64,000 nucleotides of DNA, taken from contig ONIU01000005.1 of the NCBI GenBank assembly GCA_900317935.1, positions 1,726-65,725 of the forward strand, in the 5' to 3' direction. Below the pieces are notes generated by a model that was given only the letters and a program-made list of their open reading frames with translations, searched no databases and was not told the origin of the DNA. Each line of letters starts with the position of its first letter. The first letter of the stretch is position 1. Of the stretch, positions 53,766 to 62,505 are shown one piece after another. The translations under genes were made by a program, and so were the position numbers. This DNA comes from an uncultured bacterium (GTDB lineage Bacteria > Muiribacteriota > Ozemobacteria > Ozemobacterales > Ozemobacteraceae).

Positions 53766-53786
53766 TAGTCATTTGTTAACTAAAAG

Positions 53787-55274
53787 TTATGAGATAAGTT
53801 CACCTAGTAAAAACATTTTTGTGACTTTTAGGTCTTTTATTCTTCTTTTGAATGTTTTAAACGGGTCGGTATCTAAACAGATGAAATCAGCTCTTTCTCC
53901 AATTCTTAGATGACCTCTCTTTTCAAAGTTGCCAACGGCTCTGTGAGGTTCGTTTATGAATATACAGAATGCCTGATTTAAGCTGATTTGTTCGTCAGAA
54001 TTTGTGTGATTAACCAATGAGTGAATGCCTAAAATTGGGTCTATTGGAGTTACGGGACTATCAGACCCGCCAATTAATGCAATACCTGAGTCAGCTAATG
54101 TTTTGTAGGGGTTGCAGTTAATTGCTCGTTCAATTCCAAGTCTTTGAGCATACAAACCGTTCTTACCACCCCAATAATAGTCATAAGCAGGCTGAATTCC
54201 TATTATGGCATTTGATTTTCTAGCGTTGCGTATTGATTTGTTGTTTGGAAGAATAAAATGTTCTATTCGATTAGGAAGGTCTGTTTTGCCAAATGTTTCT
54301 TCTGCCCACATGTAACTTGAAGACACAATTTCACAGGCAACATCACCTATTGAATGCAATGCCAATTGTAGATTATTCTTTTTGGCTGTTTTGGTAATAG
54401 CCATTACTGCATCACTATTAAGGTATAAATCTCCCTTGGTTTTTTCATCATAATAGTCATCAAACATGGCTGCTGTTCTAGAACCTATTGAACCATCAAC
54501 AAGAATACAGCCACCCATTTGTTTCCATTTATTTTTTAAAGGAATAGACGGGTTCGATGATTGATTATAAATATATGATTCCAGTTTACTGCTTTTAAAA
54601 AACTTATCTACAAGAAGCGCTTCGTAAGGATTATCTTCGGTGCCTTCTAGTGCGTGAACTGTCGCAACACCTTTTTTTATACAGTGATTTTCAACTTTTT
54701 TAAGGCTTGTTAATTTGTATGATTCAGATAATAAGTCATTAATTTTATAACAGAGGGAGTTATAAGCTTCTCCGGTAATTAGACCGTTATTATCTTTTAA
54801 AGAAGGGTAGTTTTTTTTCGCCCACTTTAAAGCTTCGGTATTTGCAGCACACATATGCAAGTCTTTGCTGACTATCCATATGAAATTCTTAGAGCTGATT
54901 TTATCTAATTCTGATACAGTTGGAAATCGCTTTTCTTTTATTAAATCTAAATCAAAATTCCAGCCTAGAACTATTTTATTCTTTTTACATTCATTTGAAA
55001 CTATTTCAAATACATCCTTCAGGTTATCAACATCATCGAACTGACAACCTGAATTGACTATTCCTGTCTGCAAAAAATGAGTATGAGAATCTACAAATGG
55101 AGGTAATATTATTGCTCCTTCTAAATCTACCGCTGGAGTTTTTACAAAAGGCTTAGTTATTCCAAACCCACAATTTATTATATAGCCATCGGATACAATC
55201 ATTGTATCAAAAGCAGTTTCTGAATAATCCGGGTAGGTTCTGGCAGAAAAATTGTAGAAATAAGTTACAGACAT
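53787..55274 (-). CDS. Amidohydrolase family protein (Amidohydro_3/YtcJ-like metal-dependent hydrolase)
   Basis: 495 aa with FVDSHTHFLQTG, HSIGD and GGSDSPV motifs. Confidence 0.85.
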   Translation of the reverse strand: MSVTYFYNFSARTYPDYSETAFDTMIVSDGYIINCGFGITKPFVKTPAVDLEGAIILPPFVDSHTHFLQTGIVNSGCQFDDVDNLKDVFEIVSNECKKNKIVLGWNFDLDLIKEKRFPTVSELDKISSKNFIWIVSKDLHMCAANTEALKWAKKNYPSLKDNNGLITGEAYNSLCYKINDLLSESYKLTSLKKVENHCIKKGVATVHALEGTEDNPYEALLVDKFFKSSKLESYIYNQSSNPSIPLKNKWKQMGGCILVDGSIGSRTAAMFDDYYDEKTKGDLYLNSDAVMAITKTAKKNNLQLALHSIGDVACEIVSSSYMWAEETFGKTDLPNRIEHFILPNNKSIRNARKSNAIIGIQPAYDYYWGGKNGLYAQRLGIERAINCNPYKTLADSGIALIGGSDSPVTPIDPILGIHSLVNHTNSDEQISLNQAFCIFINEPHRAVGNFEKRGHLRIGERADFICLDTDPFKTFKRRIKDLKVTKMFLLGELIS

Positions 55275-55278
55275 TTAA

Positions 55279-55614
55279 TTAAAATGGCAGTTTTCTTAAA
55301 AATTGAATAGTTGCTGCAAAACAAGTAGCTAGCCATTCCATAGGTATTATTAAAATCATTGCTATTGGATAACAAAGCTTAGAAAGTCTTGTTAAGCGAA
55401 GTAACCAGAATATGACTAAATATAATAATAGAATAAACAAAAGAATAGCGGTATAAAAATACCAGATTCCCTTTGCTTCAGCCTGCTCACAAAGTTTATT
55501 TAACTGGCAGGGACTGTTCTTATTGCCTAAAAGACGGCAAATTATCTGACTTGGAAAATCTTTTGCCACCTTACGACTAGAACATATTTTATTTAATTCA
55601 TTCATTAAAACCAT
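55279..55614 (-). CDS. Hypothetical membrane protein
   Basis: 111-aa ORF with 2 TM helices, ending 4 nt upstream of the amidohydrolase start. Confidence 0.45.
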   Translation of the reverse strand: MVLMNELNKICSSRKVAKDFPSQIICRLLGNKNSPCQLNKLCEQAEAKGIWYFYTAILLFILLLYLVIFWLLRLTRLSKLCYPIAMILIIPMEWLATCFAATIQFLRKLPF

Positions 55615-55705
55615 ATAAAAATTATATCACAATCTCTATATGTTTTTAAATATTTTTAATTAGATTGAAGAAAAAAGATTGAATGGTGATGAGTGGCGGG
55701 GTGTA

Positions 55706-55734
55706 TTGATTTTTAATTTTAGTTGTGTTAATAT
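55706..55734 (+). promoter_or_regulatory. Putative sigma70-type promoter of fadD-like gene 1
   Basis: TTGATT (55706-55711), 17 nt, TAATAT (55729-55734), with TG at -15/-14. The -10 block TTGTGTTAA(T/C)ATC is conserved upstream of the paralog. Confidence 0.45.
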
Positions 55735-55759
55735 CCAACCACTTTTGTTAGGAGATTTT

Positions 55760-57382
55760 ATGGAAAAATTTTGGTACAAAAACTATGACAAGGGTGTAAA
55801 TCCAGAAATTAACTTTTCTGAGTTGCCTATGACTTTTACCGATGTGATAAAAAAAGCTGCTGGCTTATATGAAAATCATATTGCATTAAAAGACGATAAT
55901 GTTAAGTATACATATAAAGAATTAGACAATATTACTTCTAAAATAGCAGGAAATTTGAGACTATTTGGGATTGAAAAGCAAGACAAAGTTTGTGTTATTC
56001 TTCCTAATTGTATAGAAACAGTTCTTTCTTTTTGGAGTATTGCTAGAGCTGGAATAGTCGGGGTAATGACTAATCCTCTTTATTCAGAAACTGAATTGAC
56101 TCACCAAATAAACGATTCTGATGCGAAAACAATTATTACAAATGACTTTATCTTACCGAAGATTAAAGCAGTTCTTTCACGATTAGCAATAAAAAAAGTT
56201 TTTGTTGTAAAAGTAAAAGATTCTGTGAATGAAGTTATTTATGATAAGGTTATTCGTCCTTGGGAAGAATTATTAGTAAATAATCGTGGTTATGATTGTG
56301 ATTCTATAGACCCTTATAATGATTTGGCTTTGTTACAGTATACAGGCGGAACTACCGGTATATCTAAAGGCTGTATGCTTACCCCCAGCAATCTAATATG
56401 TAATGCCTATCAATATGAACAGATATTCATGGGCATTTTGAAATATGGTGAAGAAAAGATAGTCGGTGTTCTTCCATGGTTTCATATTTATGGTTTACAG
56501 ATGGCTGTATTGTTCCCAATTATTATAGGTGCTACTATATATCCAATGATTAGATTTTCACCAAGAAGTCTTTTAAGTCTGATTCAGAATGAAAAGATAA
56601 CCTGTATGCCTTCGGCACCTTCTATTTTTAGTGCTTGTTTAGGGCAAAAAGAAATCGATAGCTACGATTTAACAAGCATAAAACTTGTTATTTCTGGTTC
56701 TGCTCCTTTGCCATTAGCTTTAATTGAATCATTTGAAAAACGCACTGGTGCAACAATATCCGAAGGTTATGGTTTAAGTGAAGCATCTCCTGTTACACAC
56801 TTTTCTCCATTGTTCCCAAAAGAAAGAAAGCTTGGTTCAATTGGGCTTCCATTGCCTTCAACTGATTCTAAGATTGTTGACGTTGAATATGGTGTTAAAG
56901 AACTTGGCGTAGGTCAAAATGGTGAACTTTGTATTCGTGGACCTCAGGTTATGAAAGGCTACTATAAACAGCCTACAGCTACTGAAGAAGTTTTGGTTGA
57001 TGGTTGGTTACATACTGGCGATATCGCTTATTACGATAAAGAAGGCTATGTATATATAACCGATAGAAAGAAAGATCTGATTATTTGTGGTGGTTATAAC
57101 GTATATCCTCGTGAAGTTGAAGAAGTTCTTTATAAGCACCCATTGGTTAGTGAAGCTTGTGTTGTTGGTATAAATGAGCAAATTAGAGGTGAAGCCGTCA
57201 AAGCTTTCATAGTTACTAAAGAAAATCAGAAAGTCGATAAGAAAGACATTATTAGTTTCTGTAGAAAGAATCTTGCTACTTATAAGATTCCTAGAGATAT
57301 TGAATTCTTGGATGCTTTACCAAAATCTGCTGTAGGTAAGATATTAAGAAGAGAACTTCGCGATAGAACTAATAAGAAGTAA
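55760..57382 (+). CDS. fadD: Long-chain-fatty-acid--CoA ligase (AMP-binding enzyme), copy 1
   Basis: Start moved from 55679 to ATG 55760 (AGGAG RBS; matches the paralog N-terminus MEKFWYKNYDKGV). Motifs YTGGTTGISKG, GYGLSE, GWLHTGD and PKSAVGKILRREL. Confidence 0.9.
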   Translation: MEKFWYKNYDKGVNPEINFSELPMTFTDVIKKAAGLYENHIALKDDNVKYTYKELDNITSKIAGNLRLFGIEKQDKVCVILPNCIETVLSFWSIARAGIVGVMTNPLYSETELTHQINDSDAKTIITNDFILPKIKAVLSRLAIKKVFVVKVKDSVNEVIYDKVIRPWEELLVNNRGYDCDSIDPYNDLALLQYTGGTTGISKGCMLTPSNLICNAYQYEQIFMGILKYGEEKIVGVLPWFHIYGLQMAVLFPIIIGATIYPMIRFSPRSLLSLIQNEKITCMPSAPSIFSACLGQKEIDSYDLTSIKLVISGSAPLPLALIESFEKRTGATISEGYGLSEASPVTHFSPLFPKERKLGSIGLPLPSTDSKIVDVEYGVKELGVGQNGELCIRGPQVMKGYYKQPTATEEVLVDGWLHTGDIAYYDKEGYVYITDRKKDLIICGGYNVYPREVEEVLYKHPLVSEACVVGINEQIRGEAVKAFIVTKENQKVDKKDIISFCRKNLATYKIPRDIEFLDALPKSAVGKILRRELRDRTNKK

Positions 57383-57435
57383 GATAGAAGCCTCTTATCT
57401 TTATTCTCTCATCTCTTCTTTATATGTTAGTGTTA

Positions 57436-57464
57436 TTGTTTTTTTTTCTTACTTGTGTTAACAT
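57436..57464 (+). promoter_or_regulatory. Putative sigma70-type promoter of fadD-like gene 2
   Basis: TTGTTT (57436-57441), 17 nt, TAACAT (57459-57464), with TG upstream. Same spacing to the ATG as in copy 1. Confidence 0.4.
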
Positions 57465-57489
57465 CACAAAACTTCAATGAGGAGATTAT

Positions 57490-59106
57490 ATGGAAAAATT
57501 TTGGTATAAAAACTATGACAAGGGCGTTAATCCAGAAATTAACTTTTCTGAATTGCCTATGACTTTCCCTGACGTCTTAAGAAAAGCCGTCTCTGAATAT
57601 GGTGATAAAATAGCTGTAAAAAGTGATAATACTCAAATTACATATAAAGAATTTGATAGACTTACATCTAAAATTGCTGGAAATTTAAGACTTTTCGGTA
57701 TTGATAAACAAGAAAAGGTTTGTATTTTTCTTCCTAACTGTTTTGAAACTGTTTTGTCTTTCTGGAGTGTAGAAAGAGCTGGTATCTGTGGTGTAATGAC
57801 CAACCCGCTTTATTCTGAATCAGAACTTATTCATCAAATTACAGATTCTGATGCTAAGGCTGTTATTACTTCAGATACTTTACTTGCAAAAATTAAAGCA
57901 ATACTTCCTTCTGTTTCTTTAAAACATGTTTTTGTTGTTCCCCTTGGTGACATTAAAATTGATTTTGACAATGTAATTCATCCTTGGGAAGATTTATTGG
58001 CTGAAAACCGTGGCTTTGAAGCAGATAACATCGACCCATACAATGATTTGGCACTTTTGCAGTATACAGGCGGAACTACTGGTATATCAAAGGGCTGTAT
58101 GCTTACACAAAGCAATTTGATTTGCAATGCCTATCAATATAAAGAAATGTTTATGGTTATATTGAAATATGGTGAAGAAAAAATTGCTGGTGTTTTACCC
58201 TGGTTCCATATTTATGGCTTACAGTTGGGTGTTATACTCCCATTTATTATTGGTGCTACAATTTATCCATTGATTCGTTTTACTCCTAGAGCTTTGCTTT
58301 CTATGATTAATGACGAAAAGATAACTTGTATGCCTTCTGCTCCTTCTATTTTCAGTGCTTGTCTTGCTCAAAAGGAAATAGACTCTTATGATTTAACCAG
58401 TTTGAAACTTTTGATTTCTGGTTCTGCTCCTTTACCATTAGCTTTAATAGAAGCTTTTGAAAAGAAAACTGGGGCAAAGATTTCTGAAGGTTATGGTTTA
58501 AGTGAAGCTTCACCAGTTACTCATTTCTCACCAGTATTCCCTAAAGAAAGAAAACTTGGTTCAATCGGTTTGGCAATACCATCAACTGATATTAAAATTG
58601 TTGATGTTGAATATGGTGTTAAAGAATTGGGCGTTGGTCAGAATGGTGAACTTTGCATACGTGGTCCTCAGGTAATGAAAGGTTATTATAAACAGCCTGC
58701 AGCTACTGAAGATGTTCTTGTAGATGGTTGGTTACATACTGGTGATATAGCAAACTATGACAAAGATGGTTATGTCTATATTACCGACAGAAAGAAAGAC
58801 CTCATTATTTGCGGTGGATATAACGTTTACCCAAGAGAAGTTGAAGAAGTTCTTTACAAACATCCTATGGTTGCAGAAGCCTGTGTTGTTGGCGTAAAAG
58901 ATGCTGTTCGCGGTGAAGCAGTAAAAGCTTATATTGTAACCAAAGAAAATCAGGAAGTAGATAAGAAGGATATCGTAGGTTTCTGTCGTAAAAATCTTGC
59001 TAACTACAAGATTCCTAAAGATATCGAATTCCTTGATGCTTTGCCGAAATCAGCTGTAGGTAAAATATTGAGAAGAGAACTTCGCGATAGAGCAAATAAA
59101 CAATAA
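57490..59106 (+). CDS. fadD: Long-chain-fatty-acid--CoA ligase (AMP-binding enzyme), copy 2
   Basis: 538 aa, colinear and highly similar to copy 1, with GAGGAG RBS. Confidence 0.9.
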   Translation: MEKFWYKNYDKGVNPEINFSELPMTFPDVLRKAVSEYGDKIAVKSDNTQITYKEFDRLTSKIAGNLRLFGIDKQEKVCIFLPNCFETVLSFWSVERAGICGVMTNPLYSESELIHQITDSDAKAVITSDTLLAKIKAILPSVSLKHVFVVPLGDIKIDFDNVIHPWEDLLAENRGFEADNIDPYNDLALLQYTGGTTGISKGCMLTQSNLICNAYQYKEMFMVILKYGEEKIAGVLPWFHIYGLQLGVILPFIIGATIYPLIRFTPRALLSMINDEKITCMPSAPSIFSACLAQKEIDSYDLTSLKLLISGSAPLPLALIEAFEKKTGAKISEGYGLSEASPVTHFSPVFPKERKLGSIGLAIPSTDIKIVDVEYGVKELGVGQNGELCIRGPQVMKGYYKQPAATEDVLVDGWLHTGDIANYDKDGYVYITDRKKDLIICGGYNVYPREVEEVLYKHPMVAEACVVGVKDAVRGEAVKAYIVTKENQEVDKKDIVGFCRKNLANYKIPKDIEFLDALPKSAVGKILRRELRDRANKQ

Positions 59107-59130
59107 TCTGAAATAATAATAAATAAAACT

Positions 59131-59165
59131 CTGAGTCTGTCTCTTGTAACAGACTCAGTTTTTTT
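59131..59165 (+). terminator. Rho-independent terminator
   Basis: CTGAGTCTGT-8 nt-ACAGACTCAG perfect 10-bp stem followed by T7. Confidence 0.8.
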
Positions 59166-59238
59166 ATATAATTCTTGAAACTTTTTTTTATATATAATGT
59201 CTAAGAAATAAAAAAAATAATTGGAAGGCGGCAAATCT

Positions 59239-60186
59239 GTGATTGAGCTTAACAATCTAACGAAATATTATGATAATTTTCGTGCCTTGGATAATATAAA
59301 TCTTAAGGTTGATAAAGGTGAAATATTAGGGCTGTTAGGGCCAAATGGAGCAGGGAAAACAACTGCAATGAGGATTTTGTCCTGTTTTATTCCTGCTACT
59401 TCAGGAACAGCTAAGGTTGCTGGTTTTGATGTTTTTGAAGACTCTATTGAAGTAAGAAGAAGATTAGGCTATTTACCTGAAACTCCACCTCTTTATTTGG
59501 ATATGACAGTAGGTTCTTATCTTGATTTTGTTGGTAAAATCAGAGAAATCAGCTATAAAGATAGAAAAAAAAGTATTGATTCTGTTACTGAAAGATTAGG
59601 CCTTCAGGATTACAGAGACAGAATTATCAGCACTCTTTCAAAAGGATATCGACAAAGAGTTGGGCTAGCACAGGCAATGATTCATAATCCTGAAGTTTTG
59701 ATTCTGGATGAACCTACTGTTGGCTTAGATCCTAATCAAATAATAGAAATCAGGGAATTAATTAAAAGTTTGGCTCAGCAGCATACTGTTATTCTTTCAA
59801 CTCACATTTTGTCTGAAGTCAGTGCAAGCTGTAACCGCGTTGTAATAATTAATGAAGGTCAGATTGTAGCAGAAGATTCTGTTGATAACTTGGAAAACCG
59901 AACAATTGGTAAACCAGGTTGGCATATTTCCCTTAAAGCACCGAAAGAACTTGATTGGAAAGATTTAATTAAGAAAATTGATGGTGCAGAAATTGCTGAT
60001 GAACAGGAAAGCAATGGTATTAACAATTTCAATTTAAAGCTTTCTTCAAAAGATGATTTTGATGCTTTCTTCTCTGGGCTTGCGTCTAAAGGAGCTGTAT
60101 TTAAAGAGATTACACCAATTAAAGCTACTCTTGAAGATGTATTTATGAAGTTGACTTCTAATGAAGAAGGGAAGGAAGATAAATGA
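59239..60186 (+). CDS. ABC transporter ATP-binding protein (ABC-2/GldA-like)
   Basis: ORF track starts at TTG 59221; GTG 59239 gives the typical VIELNNLTKYY N-terminus. Walker A GPNGAGKTT, signature LSKGYRQRV and Walker B ILDEPTVGLD. Confidence 0.9.
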   Translation: MIELNNLTKYYDNFRALDNINLKVDKGEILGLLGPNGAGKTTAMRILSCFIPATSGTAKVAGFDVFEDSIEVRRRLGYLPETPPLYLDMTVGSYLDFVGKIREISYKDRKKSIDSVTERLGLQDYRDRIISTLSKGYRQRVGLAQAMIHNPEVLILDEPTVGLDPNQIIEIRELIKSLAQQHTVILSTHILSEVSASCNRVVIINEGQIVAEDSVDNLENRTIGKPGWHISLKAPKELDWKDLIKKIDGAEIADEQESNGINNFNLKLSSKDDFDAFFSGLASKGAVFKEITPIKATLEDVFMKLTSNEEGKEDK

Positions 60187-60893
60187 AAATTTTAGCTATA
60201 ATAAAAAAAGAACTACAGTCTTATTTCTTTTCACCTGTAGCTTACATAGTTTTCTCAGCATTCTTATTGGTTATGGGGTATTTTTTCTGGGTTTTCTTGT
60301 TATCTAGCCAAATAGCCAGTCTTACCCCAATTCTTTCTAATTCAGCTTTTATTTTGCTCGTTGTTTCTCCAATCTTAACAATGAGATTGATTAGTGAAGA
60401 AAAGAAGAATAAAACAATAGAACTGCTTTTAACTTCTCCAATTTCTCCTACTGAAATTATAATTGGTAAGTTTATAGCTTCTTTATTGCTTTACTGCTTA
60501 CTGTTTTTATTTACATTAGAATTTCCATTCATTATTTACCATTATTCGCCTGAATTTGACTGGGGTCCAGTATATACCGGATATCTTGGATTGGTTCTTA
60601 TGGGAAGTGCTTTTATTTCAGTCGGTTTATTTGCCAGTACTATAAGTGAAAATCAAATAATCTCGGCAATGGCCTGCTTTGGAATTCTTTTATTGTTCTG
60701 GTTTTTCGGCTGGTCTAAAGATATCTTTGAAAATGCTTTTGGTCAGATATTGTCCAATCTATCGCTATTCGATAGATTTTCTGACTTTTTAAGAGGAATA
60801 ATAGACAGTGGCAATGTAATTTTCTTTATTGTTTTCACATTTATCTGGTTGTTCCTTGCTACTAGAGTTCTAGAATCAGATAGATGGAGGTAA
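60183..60893 (+). CDS. ABC-2 family permease (GldF-like)
   Basis: 236 aa with 6 TM helices and an ATGA overlap with the ATPase gene. Confidence 0.8.
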   Translation: MKILAIIKKELQSYFFSPVAYIVFSAFLLVMGYFFWVFLLSSQIASLTPILSNSAFILLVVSPILTMRLISEEKKNKTIELLLTSPISPTEIIIGKFIASLLLYCLLFLFTLEFPFIIYHYSPEFDWGPVYTGYLGLVLMGSAFISVGLFASTISENQIISAMACFGILLLFWFFGWSKDIFENAFGQILSNLSLFDRFSDFLRGIIDSGNVIFFIVFTFIWLFLATRVLESDRWR

Positions 60894-60897
60894 TGCT

Positions 60898-62505
60898 ATG
60901 TCAGATAAACGAAGAGAAAAAATTCCATTTTATCCATATGTATTTTTAATTCTTTCTTTTGCGCTGCTTCTAACAGCAGGGGGATTTTATATAAATTATC
61001 CTGAACAGGTAAAAGCTGTTTATTGTTTACTTGGCACCTGTCTCGTTTTTGCTCTTGCAGCTTTTATAAGCCGACCTTCAATATTTAAGGAACTATTTTT
61101 AAATAAAAAGACAGTTCTTTGGGTAAACGATATTATATTGGTTCTCCTTGTTATTGGTATAGGTGTTCTGCTTTCTCATATTGCTTTTAGACGCAATTAC
61201 AGATTTGATTTAACCAAGAACAAGAATTATTCTCTTTCTGAATTAACAATAAAGACAATTAGAGAATTAGATAAAAAAGTTACAATTTATGGTTTCTTCT
61301 CTAAGGGCAGTCTTATAGATGTATATATGACTGACCTTTTTAATGAATACAAACGTCATAGCGAAAAACTTCAATGGGTAATTGTCGACCCTCAAAGAGA
61401 TCCGGTTACCACAAGAAGACTAAATGTTACTGCTATGAATTCAATTGTTGTAGAATGTGAAGCAAATAGACAAAATGTTCTTCCCAGCGATTTATTTATA
61501 AGGTCAATGGAACCAACAGCCAATGAAATGAATTCTACACCTCTATTTACTGGTGAACAGGCTATTACATCTGCGATTCATAATGTTATTCATGGCGACA
61601 AGACTGTTGTTTGTGTAATTACTGGTCATGAAGAACCTTCTATATATAAATATGGACAAAGTGATATTGGCGGACTTAATCAACTTCTAACCAGTGAAAA
61701 CCTTGAAGTTGTTGAAAAGTCTTTAATTAGTGATGAAATTGATCCCAGAGCAAGTGTGGTTTTGGTTCTGACACCTAAAATAGACTATATGCCTGCCGAA
61801 ATTGAAAAACTAAAGAGATATGTTGAAAGCAAAAAAGGAAACATGATTTTTGCTTTTGATCCAAATCCAAACTTAAAAAATTTAAATGATTTTGTATTTA
61901 AGGAATATGCGGTATCAACTAACTACGATATAGTTGTTGATCCTCGAGGTATGTCTCAAAAATATTGGACTTTGTCTCCGTCGTTAGCCAAGCACGATAT
62001 TACTGCTCCTTTAATTAATAAAAACCTATATGGAATTATGTTTCATTGCTGTAGTTTAACAAAAGAAGCCAGAGCAGACGTCAACCATACTGTTCTTATG
62101 AAGTCTATTGATTATTCATGGGCTAAGAGAGGCTTAGAATCAGCAAAATATATTGACGTTCAATTAGATAAATCAAAAGACGTAATGGGGCCGTTTGATA
62201 TTGGTGTGATTGCTCAGAAAACTAATACTGCTAGTGGTTCAAAAGCTATTATTATAGGCGATGCAGATTTTCTTACTAATGGATACATTTCTTTCTCTGG
62301 AAACAGAGATTTAATCATTAACTCAATCAACTGGTTAGCTGGGAATCATAAATTATTGTCAATCAGACCAAGAACTCTTGAAATTCCTAGAATTATGTTC
62401 TCCGGTAATGATTCATCTAAAATTTTTACTTTCTGCGTAGTCGCTATTCCGCTATTTATTATTATGATTGGTGGAATTGTTTTCCTGTATAGAAGGAGAG
62501 TATAA
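60898..62505 (+). CDS. GldG-like ABC-transport auxiliary component (ABC_transp_aux family)
   Basis: 535 aa with N-terminal TM helices, a large extracytoplasmic domain and a C-terminal TM. The conserved position after the GldA/GldF-like genes supports the call; the family assignment is by context and overall architecture. Confidence 0.65.
   Translation: MSDKRREKIPFYPYVFLILSFALLLTAGGFYINYPEQVKAVYCLLGTCLVFALAAFISRPSIFKELFLNKKTVLWVNDIILVLLVIGIGVLLSHIAFRRNYRFDLTKNKNYSLSELTIKTIRELDKKVTIYGFFSKGSLIDVYMTDLFNEYKRHSEKLQWVIVDPQRDPVTTRRLNVTAMNSIVVECEANRQNVLPSDLFIRSMEPTANEMNSTPLFTGEQAITSAIHNVIHGDKTVVCVITGHEEPSIYKYGQSDIGGLNQLLTSENLEVVEKSLISDEIDPRASVVLVLTPKIDYMPAEIEKLKRYVESKKGNMIFAFDPNPNLKNLNDFVFKEYAVSTNYDIVVDPRGMSQKYWTLSPSLAKHDITAPLINKNLYGIMFHCCSLTKEARADVNHTVLMKSIDYSWAKRGLESAKYIDVQLDKSKDVMGPFDIGVIAQKTNTASGSKAIIIGDADFLTNGYISFSGNRDLIINSINWLAGNHKLLSIRPRTLEIPRIMFSGNDSSKIFTFCVVAIPLFIIMIGGIVFLYRRRV

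Noticed and set aside
35519-53786. Whether the recurring GC-rich repeats are a CRISPR array or arrays.
   Set aside because: There is no constant-length direct repeat alternating with unique spacers. The units are long mosaic modules in both orientations, scattered among genes. No cas genes are present in the window.
55679-55759. A 27-aa N-terminal extension of the first fadD-like gene in the ORF track (start 55679).
   Set aside because: The extension begins upstream of the putative promoter. The paralog starts exactly at MEKFWYKNYDKG, and an AGGAG RBS precedes ATG 55760.
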